A DNA stretch of 19,422 nt, taken from contig JBHHXN010000096.1 in assembly GCA_046757025.1 (NCBI GenBank), forward strand, positions 1 through 19,422. Reading direction: 5' to 3'. Source of the DNA: a bacterium (lineage in GTDB: Bacteria; Zhuqueibacterota; Zhuqueibacteria; Oceanimicrobiales; Oceanimicrobiaceae). The position numbers and the translations under genes were made by a program. The notes under the pieces were generated by a model that made no database searches, was not told where the DNA came from, and worked only from the letters and a program-made list of their open reading frames with translations. Shown here in pieces: positions 1-6,904 of the stretch; the stretch's first letter is position 1, and each line of letters opens with the position of its first letter.

Positions 1-53
1 CCGAGCTGTCGTAACCGCGCCCATTACCTATGCTGAGCTAACTGGATAGCCGT
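1..53 (+). mobile_element. Probable right end of an IS1595-family (ISSod11-like) insertion sequence, cut by the window edge
   Basis: Frame 2 (2..49) reads RAVVTAPITYAELTG*, resembling the 'AV...P(L/I)TY.EL' C-terminus of IS1595-family transposases. The reverse complement of the end reads (TAC)GGCTATCCAGTTAGCTCAGC, similar to the GcnTATC terminal-repeat consensus I recall for the ISSod11 group. It abuts a 5'-truncated gene. The exact end is uncertain by a few bp. Confidence 0.55.
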
Positions 54-165
54 AGGGGAGCTCAAAGGGCCGAATGAGCAAACCTTGTTGGTCCGCACAA
101 TATGGATGAAAGAGTATGAATCCAATTCGACTACGTTCATAACAATGTTTCCCGATAAGAAGTGA
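52..165 (+). pseudogene. C-terminal fragment of a DUF6883-like protein, 5' part lost or interrupted
   Basis: Frame 1 reads VGELKGPNEQTLLVRTIWMKEYESNSTTFITMFPDKK* (TGA 163-165), matching the G.L.GPN...V.T.W...FIT..P C-terminal pattern of small proteins usually found upstream of DUF4926. An in-frame TGA at 34-36 lies upstream and no suitable start codon precedes the fragment. Confidence 0.6.
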
Positions 166-172
166 GGTAAAG

Positions 173-415
173 ATGAAATATGAATTATTTAAAGAAGTCG
201 TTTTACTCAAGGATATTCCCGCAAAGAAATTGAAAAAAGGAGATGTCGCTACCATTGTGGAACACCATCCATCGGCGACTTCCGAAGATGGATATTCTTT
301 AGAAATCTTTAATGTGTTTGGAGATACGATAGCTGTTGTAACGGTCTCGGAATCTGAAGTAGAAACTTTGAAAGAAAGTGAAGTATTCAGCGTTCGTTCT
401 TTAGAAGCAGTTTAA
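173..415 (+). CDS. DUF4926 family small protein (80 aa)
   Basis: Pattern 'ELFKEVVLLKDIP..KLKKGDVATIVE...GYSLEIFNVFGDTIAVVTV' is typical of DUF4926. SD-like GAGGT at 164-168. Confidence 0.8.
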   Translation: MKYELFKEVVLLKDIPAKKLKKGDVATIVEHHPSATSEDGYSLEIFNVFGDTIAVVTVSESEVETLKESEVFSVRSLEAV

Positions 416-611
416 CTCATAATAGTGACATAGACAATTTCACTCGCCGAATGTAGGTTAACTCAGTTTATTATCATATTGAGAATTCCTTCAACGATGC
501 CAGAGCCTGCTTTGAGCCTTGAGCCGGGAAAGAAGAAGCATAGACCCTCAACTCTTATCGTGTTTTCAGTGAAAACCTGAAACATGCAATTCATGAAAAA
601 TAGATAATTTG

Positions 612-2834
612 ATGCAAGAACCTGAAGTCAATTTAGAGACCGCACGCGCACACGGTTTGTCCGATGAAGAGTACCAGAAAATTCTGGAGATTCTCGGCCG
701 CACGCCTACTTTTACAGAATTAGGCATTTTTTCCGTCATGTGGTCCGAGCACTGCAGCTACAAAAACTCCATTGCGCTGCTAAAAACACTGCCCAGAGAT
801 GGCAAGGATGTGCTTGTGAAAGCCGGTGAAGAAAATGCCGGTTTAATCGATATCGGCGACGGCCTGGCGGTGGCGTTTAAAATAGAAAGCCACAACCACC
901 CTTCGGCCGTGGAACCGTACCAGGGAGCGGCAACCGGTGTGGGGGGCATCATGCGGGATATTTTTTCCATGGGCGCGCGGCCCATCGCCGCTTTAAATTC
1001 GTTGCGTTTTGGTTCGCTGGAAGACGCCAGAGTGCGGTATCTTTTCGACGGCGTGGTGCGCGGTATCGGCGACTATGGCAATTGTTTTGGCGTGCCCACG
1101 GTTGCCGGCGAAATTTATTTCGATGAAAGCTACCAGGGCAATCCTCTGGTCAATTGCATGGCCGTGGGCATTGTAAAGCATGACAGAATTGCCAAAGCCG
1201 CGGCGCGCGGTGCGGGAAATTCGGTGATGCTCATCGGCTCTGCCACCGGTCGGGATGGCATTCATGGCGCGACTTTCGCGTCCGAAGAAATCGACGAGCA
1301 GTCCGAAAGCCGCAGACCGCAGGTTCAGGTTGGCGATCCGTTCACCGAGAAACTGCTACTGGAGGCCACGCTGGAGATGATCAAGCAAGATTTAGTGGTA
1401 GGAGTTCAGGATATGGGAGCGGCTGGCATTACCTGCTCCACCAGTGAAATGTCCGCCAGCGGTAACTGTGGAATGGATATCGACTTAAACAACGTACCCC
1501 TTCGTGAAACGGACATGAGACCTTATGAAATCATGCTGTCGGAATCCCAGGAGCGGATGCTGGTGATCGTCAAACGCGGCAAAGAAGATCAGATAAGCCA
1601 AATTTGCCAAAAATGGGATTTAAATTCGAAAGTGATTGGCAAGGTCACCGAAGGGCCTGACTTGCGCATTTTTCACAATGGTAAAAAGGAAGCCGATATT
1701 CCGGCAGAGTCGTTAGTATTGGGAGGAGGCGCTCCGGTTTATCATCGTGAGGCCCGTAAGCCGGCTTATCTTGACGAATTGCAAAACTATGATTTGTTTT
1801 CACTGCCGCAGCCGGACAACCTTTCGGATGTGTTCTTAAAAATGATCGCTTCTCCTAATATTGCCAGCAAAGAGTGGGTAATCCACCAATATGACCACAT
1901 GGTGAGAACCAATTCGGTGGTGCTGCCGGGAGCCGACGCCGCAGTGGTGCGCATTAAAGGCAGCAACCGCGGACTGGCCATGAAAACGGATTGCAACGGC
2001 CGATATGTTTATCTGAATCCACGCCGTGGCGCGCAAATCGCCGTGGCGGAATCAGCGCGCAATGTGGTCTGCTGCGGCGGCAGGCCGGTGGCCATCACCA
2101 ACTGCCTGAATTTTGGCAATCCCTATAAACCCGAAATATTTTATCAGTTTAAAGAGGCGGTGGCGGGCATTGCCGAGGCCTGCCAAATGTTCGAAACCCC
2201 AGTGACCGGCGGCAATGTAAGTTTTTACAATGAAAATTTGCATGGCGTGGTTTACCCAACCCCCGTCATCGGTATGCTGGGGATTGTGGATGACTTAAAA
2301 TACGTCACCACCCATTCTTTCAAACAAGATGGCGATCTCATCGTTTTGTTGGGAGAGAATAGGGGAGAAGTGGGTGGAAGCGAGTACTTGAATGTGCAGT
2401 TCAACAAAACCGTTGGGGATTGCCCCACGCTCAATTTGCAATTTGAAAAGCAGCTTCAGCAAGTCTGTTTAAAAGCCATTCGCTCCGGTTGGATTCACTC
2501 CGCCCACGATGTATCGGAAGGGGGACTGGCTGTGGCCATTGCAGAATGCTGTTTTGCGGATGCGCATCAAAAGTACGGAGCGGAAATTGATCTCCTCTAT
2601 CCATTACGAAAAGATTTTATCTTGTTTGGTGAAGATCCGTCACGAATTGTCGTGAGTCTTCCAGAAACAAATCTGAGTGCTCTACAAGATCTATGTGCAC
2701 AATTTCAAATCCCGGCGACCACTATTGGCTGGGTTGGAGGTAATCGTTTGTGCATTAATGAAGTGATTGAAGTGAATATTATGCAAATCGAATTTGTTTA
2801 TCGGCAGACTATAAAAAATGCGATGGCAATCTAA
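612..2834 (+). CDS. purL: Phosphoribosylformylglycinamidine synthase subunit PurL (small, PurQ/PurS-dependent type)
   Basis: Motifs [68 protein letters not shown]. About 740 aa with no fused glutaminase domain. ATG at 612 preferred over TTG at 609. Confidence 0.97.
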   Translation: MQEPEVNLETARAHGLSDEEYQKILEILGRTPTFTELGIFSVMWSEHCSYKNSIALLKTLPRDGKDVLVKAGEENAGLIDIGDGLAVAFKIESHNHPSAVEPYQGAATGVGGIMRDIFSMGARPIAALNSLRFGSLEDARVRYLFDGVVRGIGDYGNCFGVPTVAGEIYFDESYQGNPLVNCMAVGIVKHDRIAKAAARGAGNSVMLIGSATGRDGIHGATFASEEIDEQSESRRPQVQVGDPFTEKLLLEATLEMIKQDLVVGVQDMGAAGITCSTSEMSASGNCGMDIDLNNVPLRETDMRPYEIMLSESQERMLVIVKRGKEDQISQICQKWDLNSKVIGKVTEGPDLRIFHNGKKEADIPAESLVLGGGAPVYHREARKPAYLDELQNYDLFSLPQPDNLSDVFLKMIASPNIASKEWVIHQYDHMVRTNSVVLPGADAAVVRIKGSNRGLAMKTDCNGRYVYLNPRRGAQIAVAESARNVVCCGGRPVAITNCLNFGNPYKPEIFYQFKEAVAGIAEACQMFETPVTGGNVSFYNENLHGVVYPTPVIGMLGIVDDLKYVTTHSFKQDGDLIVLLGENRGEVGGSEYLNVQFNKTVGDCPTLNLQFEKQLQQVCLKAIRSGWIHSAHDVSEGGLAVAIAECCFADAHQKYGAEIDLLYPLRKDFILFGEDPSRIVVSLPETNLSALQDLCAQFQIPATTIGWVGGNRLCINEVIEVNIMQIEFVYRQTIKNAMAI

Positions 2835-2895
2835 AATGAAAATAATGTTTAAGTCGAACGAAACGACAGAACCATTCTAAAATGAGGAGACCCCC

Positions 2896-4422
2896 ATGGC
2901 CATAATTCTGAACGGTTCTGGACTGACTGTCGAAAAGGTCGTCCGAATTGCGCGTCATAAAGAAAAAGTGGAATTGGATTCGCAAGCGCTTGTTCGCTTA
3001 AAAAATTGCCGAAAAATGCTTGAAGACAAAATTAAAGCGCGTGAGATAATGTACGGTGTCAACACCGGTATTGGAGAATTGTCTGAAGTGGTTTTGGAAG
3101 ACGACCAGGTGAAACAATTTCAGAAATACCTGATTTACAACCACGCCGCTGGCATTGGCGATCCCGCACCCATCGAGTATGTGCGCGGCGCCATGGCCAG
3201 CCGAATCAACGTACACGCACACGGAAACAGTGGCTGCCGGCCAGAGATTACACTCACACTCCTTGAAATGCTGAACAAAGACGTGATTCCCGTGGTCTGC
3301 CAAAAGGGCTCGGTGGGCGCTTGCGGTGATTTAGCTCCCATGTCGCAAATCGCGCTGCTACTCATGGGCGAAGGGGAAGCCTTTTTCCAGGGGCAGCGTA
3401 TGAGCGGGAAAGAAGCCCTGAACAAAGCTAAAATTCCAATCCCCGATTTACAAGCACGGGATGGGCTGGCCACCATCAACGGTTCCAATTTGTTAACGGC
3501 TATGAGCGCCATTCAGTTGTATGATATGGACCGCTGGCTGCGGCAGGCGGAAATCGCTTGCGCCATGAGTCTGGAAGCTCTGCGCGCCAATCTCAAACCT
3601 TACGATGTGCGGCTGCACCAAGCCCGCGGATTTTCTGGCGCCGTTCGCAGCGCCACAGCCATAATGAAATGCATCAAAGGCAGCGATCTCACCACCGGCA
3701 AGATGAAAACCAAAGTGCAGGATGCCTACTCTATGCGCTCCTCACCACAGGTCATCGGCGCCGCACACGATGCGCTGGCCTTCGCTAAAAAACAGGTGGA
3801 AATCGAGCTCAACGGCATTGGCGACAATCCTATTTTTTTCCCCGAGTACAACTTGACACTCACGGGAGCCAATTTTCAAGGCACGCCGGTTTCGCTGCCT
3901 ATGGATATGGTTGGAGCAGCGATTACCATGGTTTGCGTGTTATCTGAGCGACGTCTGAACCGCTTGACTAATCCGGCCCTCAGTGGGGGTTTACCGGCTT
4001 TCTTGACCAGAGGCGCGGGCATGTTCTCCGGCATGATGCTCAGTCAATATACCGCAGACACCCTGATCGTGGAGCAAAGAATGTTATCCGCTCCGGCCAG
4101 CATCGCTTCCATCCCCGCAGCCGCTGACCAGGAAGATTTTGTCTCCATGGGCATGAATACCGCCATCAAAAACAGACAAATTTTAGACAATGCTTACGGC
4201 ATTCTTGGAATCGAGTTCATGGCCGCAGCCCAGGCACTGGATTTCCGCGATTTCATGCCTGGGCACGGCGTCCAGAAAGCCAAAGAGGTGATTCGCAGAC
4301 ATGTGACTCGACTGGAGGAAGACCGCCCGCTTTATAACGATCACAACCGCATGCAGGCGCTGGTGCAATCCGGGGAAATATTGGAGGAAGTGGAAGGAAT
4401 GGTTGGCCCGCTTGCTGGTTAA
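2896..4422 (+). CDS. hutH: MIO-dependent aromatic amino acid ammonia-lyase, histidine ammonia-lyase-like, with Ala-Cys-Gly triad
   Basis: Motifs YGVNTG (Tyr53), NHAAG (His83), GSVGACGDLAP, QDAYSMR, DNP, GANF, QEDFVSMG. SD GAGGAG at 2884-2889. The family is certain; the substrate, and hence the symbol, is less so. Confidence 0.8.
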   Translation: MAIILNGSGLTVEKVVRIARHKEKVELDSQALVRLKNCRKMLEDKIKAREIMYGVNTGIGELSEVVLEDDQVKQFQKYLIYNHAAGIGDPAPIEYVRGAMASRINVHAHGNSGCRPEITLTLLEMLNKDVIPVVCQKGSVGACGDLAPMSQIALLLMGEGEAFFQGQRMSGKEALNKAKIPIPDLQARDGLATINGSNLLTAMSAIQLYDMDRWLRQAEIACAMSLEALRANLKPYDVRLHQARGFSGAVRSATAIMKCIKGSDLTTGKMKTKVQDAYSMRSSPQVIGAAHDALAFAKKQVEIELNGIGDNPIFFPEYNLTLTGANFQGTPVSLPMDMVGAAITMVCVLSERRLNRLTNPALSGGLPAFLTRGAGMFSGMMLSQYTADTLIVEQRMLSAPASIASIPAAADQEDFVSMGMNTAIKNRQILDNAYGILGIEFMAAAQALDFRDFMPGHGVQKAKEVIRRHVTRLEEDRPLYNDHNRMQALVQSGEILEEVEGMVGPLAG

Positions 4423-4511
4423 CTTTGTTCCATCTTTAAAAAATCCATGAAGTTATTTGATAAATTTTAAATTAATTCGATTGCTAACTCCATTATAGAA
4501 ACAGAGCTAAC

Positions 4512-5891
4512 ATGCCCACAGTCAAACCCACACTACCCAAAGGCACCCGTGACTTTTTACCCGAGAATATGTGGCGCCGGCAGTATGTCATCAACACCAT
4601 CAAAAACATTTTCGAGCGTTACGGATACGAGCCTCTGGAAACCCCAGCCATAGAAAAATTGGAAGTGCTTTCTGGCAAATACGGCGAGGAAGGCGAATCG
4701 CTGATTTTCAAAGTGCTGAAAAGGGGAACCCCACTTGAGGAGCTGTTGAGAGACCGAAAAGAGTTAGTGGTTCAGGATTATCATGAACTGGTCAACGAGG
4801 CACTGCGATACGATTTGACCGTCCCTTTGAGCCGGGTGGTGGCCATGTACCAGCACGAGCTGATATTCCCGTTCAAGCGCTATCAGATTCAACCGGTCTG
4901 GCGCGCGGACCGTCCCCAACGCGGCCGATACCGCGAATTCTACCAGTGCGATGTGGATACCATCGGCACCGAATCCATGCTCGCCGATGCCGAAGCCATA
5001 GCCATCGTTTACGAGGTTTTGAATAGTTTAAAATTTAAGAAGTTTAAAATCCGAATAAACAATCGAAAAATATTGAACGGCATCGTAAATTATGCCGGTA
5101 TCCTGGCTGAAAAAGGCCACTTGGTTTTTATCGCCATCGACAAATTGGAAAAAATCGGGTTGGAGGGTGTGCAAAAAGAATTAGCTGAGCGCGGAATCAA
5201 TTCCAAGCAAGCAGATAAAATATTTCAAGTGCTGGAAATTTCTCAAACATCGAAAAAAGTGTTAGAGGAATTGGCTGGCGGGTTTGCCGAAGTAGAAGAA
5301 ATACGCCAGGGCACGGAAGAGCTTTTGCAAATCGTGCAACATCTCAAAAACCTGGACGTTCCAGACACGTATTACAAAATTGATCTGTACTTAGCCCGAG
5401 GTTTGGGTTACTACACCGGCCCCATTCATGAATCGGTGGTGGAAGAGCCTAAAATCGGCAGCCTGACCGGCGGCGGGCGTTATGACAATCTCATCGGCAT
5501 GTTCTCCGGTCGAGAAATTCCCGCAACCGGTGTGGCGTTTGGCATCGAGCGTATCATCGACGTTCTATCGCAACAGGACATGCTGCCGGAATCGAAAACC
5601 AAATCCGAAGTGTTGGTAACCCTGTTTGACGAATCCACAGTGGAAGCGAGTTTGAAATTTACACAGCAGCTAAGAAAAGCCGGCGTTCACGCTGAACACT
5701 TTTTTGACCTATCCAAATTAAAAAAGCAATTCACTTTTGCGGATAAGAAAAAAATTCCATTTGTGGTCATCATCGGGCCGGATGAGATGCAAAAGCAGCA
5801 AGTGACGATCAAGGAATTGAGTACCGGCGAGCAGAAGGTATTGCAGTGGGAAGAAGCTGTCAAGTTTATTCTGCAAGCTCATTCAGAATAA
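4512..5891 (+). CDS. hisS: Histidine--tRNA ligase
   Basis: PKGTRDF, LRYDLTVP, motif 2 WRADRPQRGRYREFYQCDVD, RGLGYYTG, GGGRYD, GIERI and a C-terminal anticodon-binding domain. Confidence 0.97.
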   Translation: MPTVKPTLPKGTRDFLPENMWRRQYVINTIKNIFERYGYEPLETPAIEKLEVLSGKYGEEGESLIFKVLKRGTPLEELLRDRKELVVQDYHELVNEALRYDLTVPLSRVVAMYQHELIFPFKRYQIQPVWRADRPQRGRYREFYQCDVDTIGTESMLADAEAIAIVYEVLNSLKFKKFKIRINNRKILNGIVNYAGILAEKGHLVFIAIDKLEKIGLEGVQKELAERGINSKQADKIFQVLEISQTSKKVLEELAGGFAEVEEIRQGTEELLQIVQHLKNLDVPDTYYKIDLYLARGLGYYTGPIHESVVEEPKIGSLTGGGRYDNLIGMFSGREIPATGVAFGIERIIDVLSQQDMLPESKTKSEVLVTLFDESTVEASLKFTQQLRKAGVHAEHFFDLSKLKKQFTFADKKKIPFVVIIGPDEMQKQQVTIKELSTGEQKVLQWEEAVKFILQAHSE

Positions 5892-5908
5892 ACAAGAAAT
5901 CTTTCAGT

Positions 5909-5968
5909 AAAAATAAAAAGGGACTGACTCTCATGGTTGCAGTGCTGAGAAGCTTTGAGCCAGTCCCT
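5909..5968 (-). terminator. Intrinsic terminator on the minus strand; may also limit hisS read-through
   Basis: Minus strand reads AGGGACTGGCTC...GAGTCAGTCCCT (12-bp stem with one G-U; arms 5957-5968 and 5919-5930), ending in TTTTTATTTTT. Confidence 0.7.
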
Positions 5969-5992
5969 GTGTCATTGACCTCCCCAAAGATG

Positions 5993-6121
5993 CTATGCCA
6001 GTGGGTTGGAATGGAGATCAAACTTGTTTGAATGAGATTTAAATAATCGTTTCCTCACAAGTTTTATTTGAAGTTTTAAAAGCGCTAATTTGAATTTCAG
6101 TAAAAGATTGCTGGAAGACAT
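5993..6121 (-). CDS. Possible 42-aa basic, Leu-rich peptide MSSSNLLLKFKLALLKLQIKLVRKRLFKSHSNKFDLHSNPLA
   Basis: ATG at 6121 with GAGG 5 nt upstream; TAG at 5993-5995. It lies inside the predicted sigma-54 transcript but could be a chance ORF in AT-rich DNA. Confidence 0.25.
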   Translation of the reverse strand: MSSSNLLLKFKLALLKLQIKLVRKRLFKSHSNKFDLHSNPLA

Positions 6122-6153
6122 CCTTGCCTCAGTCAAGTGTATGGTTGTTACTT

Positions 6154-6169
6154 AGCAAAATAAGTGCCA
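6154..6169 (-). promoter_or_regulatory. Sigma-54 (RpoN) -24/-12 promoter
   Basis: Minus strand reads TGGCACTTATTTTGCT, matching TGGCAC-N5-TTGC(A/T) with correct GG-N10-GC spacing, in intergenic DNA. Confidence 0.75.
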
Positions 6170-6196
6170 CTAAAACAAGTCATAAGAATGGCAAAT

Positions 6197-6209
6197 TAAG
6201 TTGTTGTTA
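6197..6209 (-). promoter_or_regulatory. Candidate IHF-binding site upstream of the sigma-54 promoter
   Basis: Minus strand TAACAACAACTTA has one mismatch to WATCAANNNNTTR, at about -54 to -66 in an AT-rich context. Confidence 0.4.
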
Positions 6210-6228
6210 ATCATATAGTAATGAATTT

Positions 6229-6314
6229 ATAGTGTTTCATTTTGTGTTAAAACGCATGAAAATAATTGAAACAGTGTGTTCATTTGAGACACGCTTCCAG
6301 AAAATAGTGTTTCG
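6229..6314. promoter_or_regulatory. Candidate upstream activator sequence for an enhancer-binding protein
   Basis: Related half-sites TGTTTCA (6233-6239), TGAAACA (6267-6273), TGAGACA (6285-6291) and TGTTTCG (6308-6314). Direct repeat ATAGTGTTTC at 6229 and 6304. Located about 90-170 bp upstream of the predicted +1. Confidence 0.4.
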
Positions 6315-6353
6315 TAATGAATGACCGATGTGAGGTGAAAGATTGATAGAAAA

Positions 6354-6384
6354 GGGGCTTTTGGGGGAGAGGGGAAAGCTGGGG
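6354..6384 (+). other. Four-G-tract motif with G-quadruplex potential; C-rich element in the minus-strand 3' UTR
   Basis: GGGG-CTTTT-GGGGG-AGA-GGGG-AAAGCT-GGGG lies just after the stop codon of the minus-strand gene. Confidence 0.4.
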
Positions 6385-6387
6385 CGG

Positions 6388-6744
6388 TCAGCGAGTTTCG
6401 GTGCTATCTTTTTGGGATTCTTCAAATTTTTTCAGCTCTTCGTTCACCAGGGTGAAAACTTCCAGCCACATTTCCGGATTTTCATCAAAATATAGTTTAC
6501 TTCGTTCAAAATCCTCTTTTGCAATTTCATATTTATCAAGTACCGTTTGCAAGTTATCTAATGAGTCCGAATTTGCATTTGAAATATTTTGCAGTACCAT
6601 TTCAGTGTAAATTTTTGCGAAAATGGTCGGTGCAAGATGTGGCTTTTCTTGAGATTTGGCACAGGTTGAAAAGTAGCCCGCTATCAGCAGGAACAGTAAA
6701 CAGGGTTTACTGCACTTGGAAATGCAGGAAATATCTGCCATCAT
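6388..6744 (-). CDS. DUF4296-like putative lipoprotein (118 aa)
   Basis: Hydrophobic signal segment LLFLLIAGYFST-C (atypical lipobox). C-terminal 'VLDKYEI.KEDFERS..YF.ENPE.W..V...V...L' resembles DUF4296. It has its own sigma-70 promoter upstream. Confidence 0.6.
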   Translation of the reverse strand: MMADISCISKCSKPCLLFLLIAGYFSTCAKSQEKPHLAPTIFAKIYTEMVLQNISNANSDSLDNLQTVLDKYEIAKEDFERSKLYFDENPEMWLEVFTLVNEELKKFEESQKDSTETR

Positions 6745-6798
6745 TTTGAGTGCAAATTGTAATTGGTTGCAGTCCTTTTGTTTTTTCAGAGTCGGCTA

Positions 6799-6827
6799 AA
6801 TATATGAAAACATTGAAAGATTGTCAA
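6799..6827 (-). promoter_or_regulatory. Sigma-70-type promoter for the DUF4296-like gene
   Basis: Minus strand TTGACA (6827-6822), 17-bp spacer, TATATT (6804-6799). Confidence 0.7.
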
Positions 6828-6837
6828 TAATTTATTC

Positions 6838-6866
6838 TTGACTTTTTACGGATTATTTGATATTTT
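6838..6866 (+). promoter_or_regulatory. Sigma-70-type promoter for the radA cluster
   Basis: TTGACT (6838-6843), 17-bp spacer ending in TGA (extended -10 TGn), TATTTT (6861-6866). Back-to-back with the divergent promoter. Confidence 0.6.
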
Positions 6867-6904
6867 GCAGTGGGAAAAATGAGTTTGGATTGAGGTTTCG
6901 GTAA

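Larger units (their letters stand above)
5909..6143 (-). ncRNA. Putative sigma-54-dependent small RNA or small-ORF mRNA (~230 nt)
   Basis: Bounded by a consensus -24/-12 promoter (predicted +1 near 6143) and a same-strand terminator. It has a 5' GGA-loop hairpin and no long ORF. I do not recognise it as a known RNA family. Confidence 0.45.

Noticed and set aside
1..51. Minus-strand TAGCTCAG...GGTA...GGGC resembling a tRNA D-arm
   Set aside because: No convincing anticodon stem follows, and the IS-end plus transposase C-terminus reading explains the sequence better.
28..255. 75-aa minus-strand ORF
   Set aside because: It is antisense to the DUF4926 gene and the DUF6883-like fragment and has no recognisable motifs.
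758..4368. Many short antisense or alternate-frame ORFs inside purL and the lyase, and likewise inside the later genes
   Set aside because: These are shadow ORFs of well-supported genes with no independent family signal.
5931..5975. 14-codon minus-strand ORF MTQGLAQSFSALQP after GGGGAGGT
   Set aside because: The SD-to-ATG spacing is only 2-3 nt and the ORF lies almost entirely within the terminator hairpin.
5846..6031. 61-aa plus-strand ORF overlapping the hisS end
   Set aside because: It starts inside hisS, runs through the terminator hairpin, and has no recognisable features.
6032..6044. 13-bp ATGAGATTTAAAT also present at 14048-14060
   Set aside because: An AT-rich match of this length is expected by chance in a 19-kb window and no shared context is evident.
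6237..6425. 62-aa minus-strand ORF overlapping the lipoprotein end
   Set aside because: It crosses the G-tract and candidate enhancer region and has low-complexity, non-protein-like composition.
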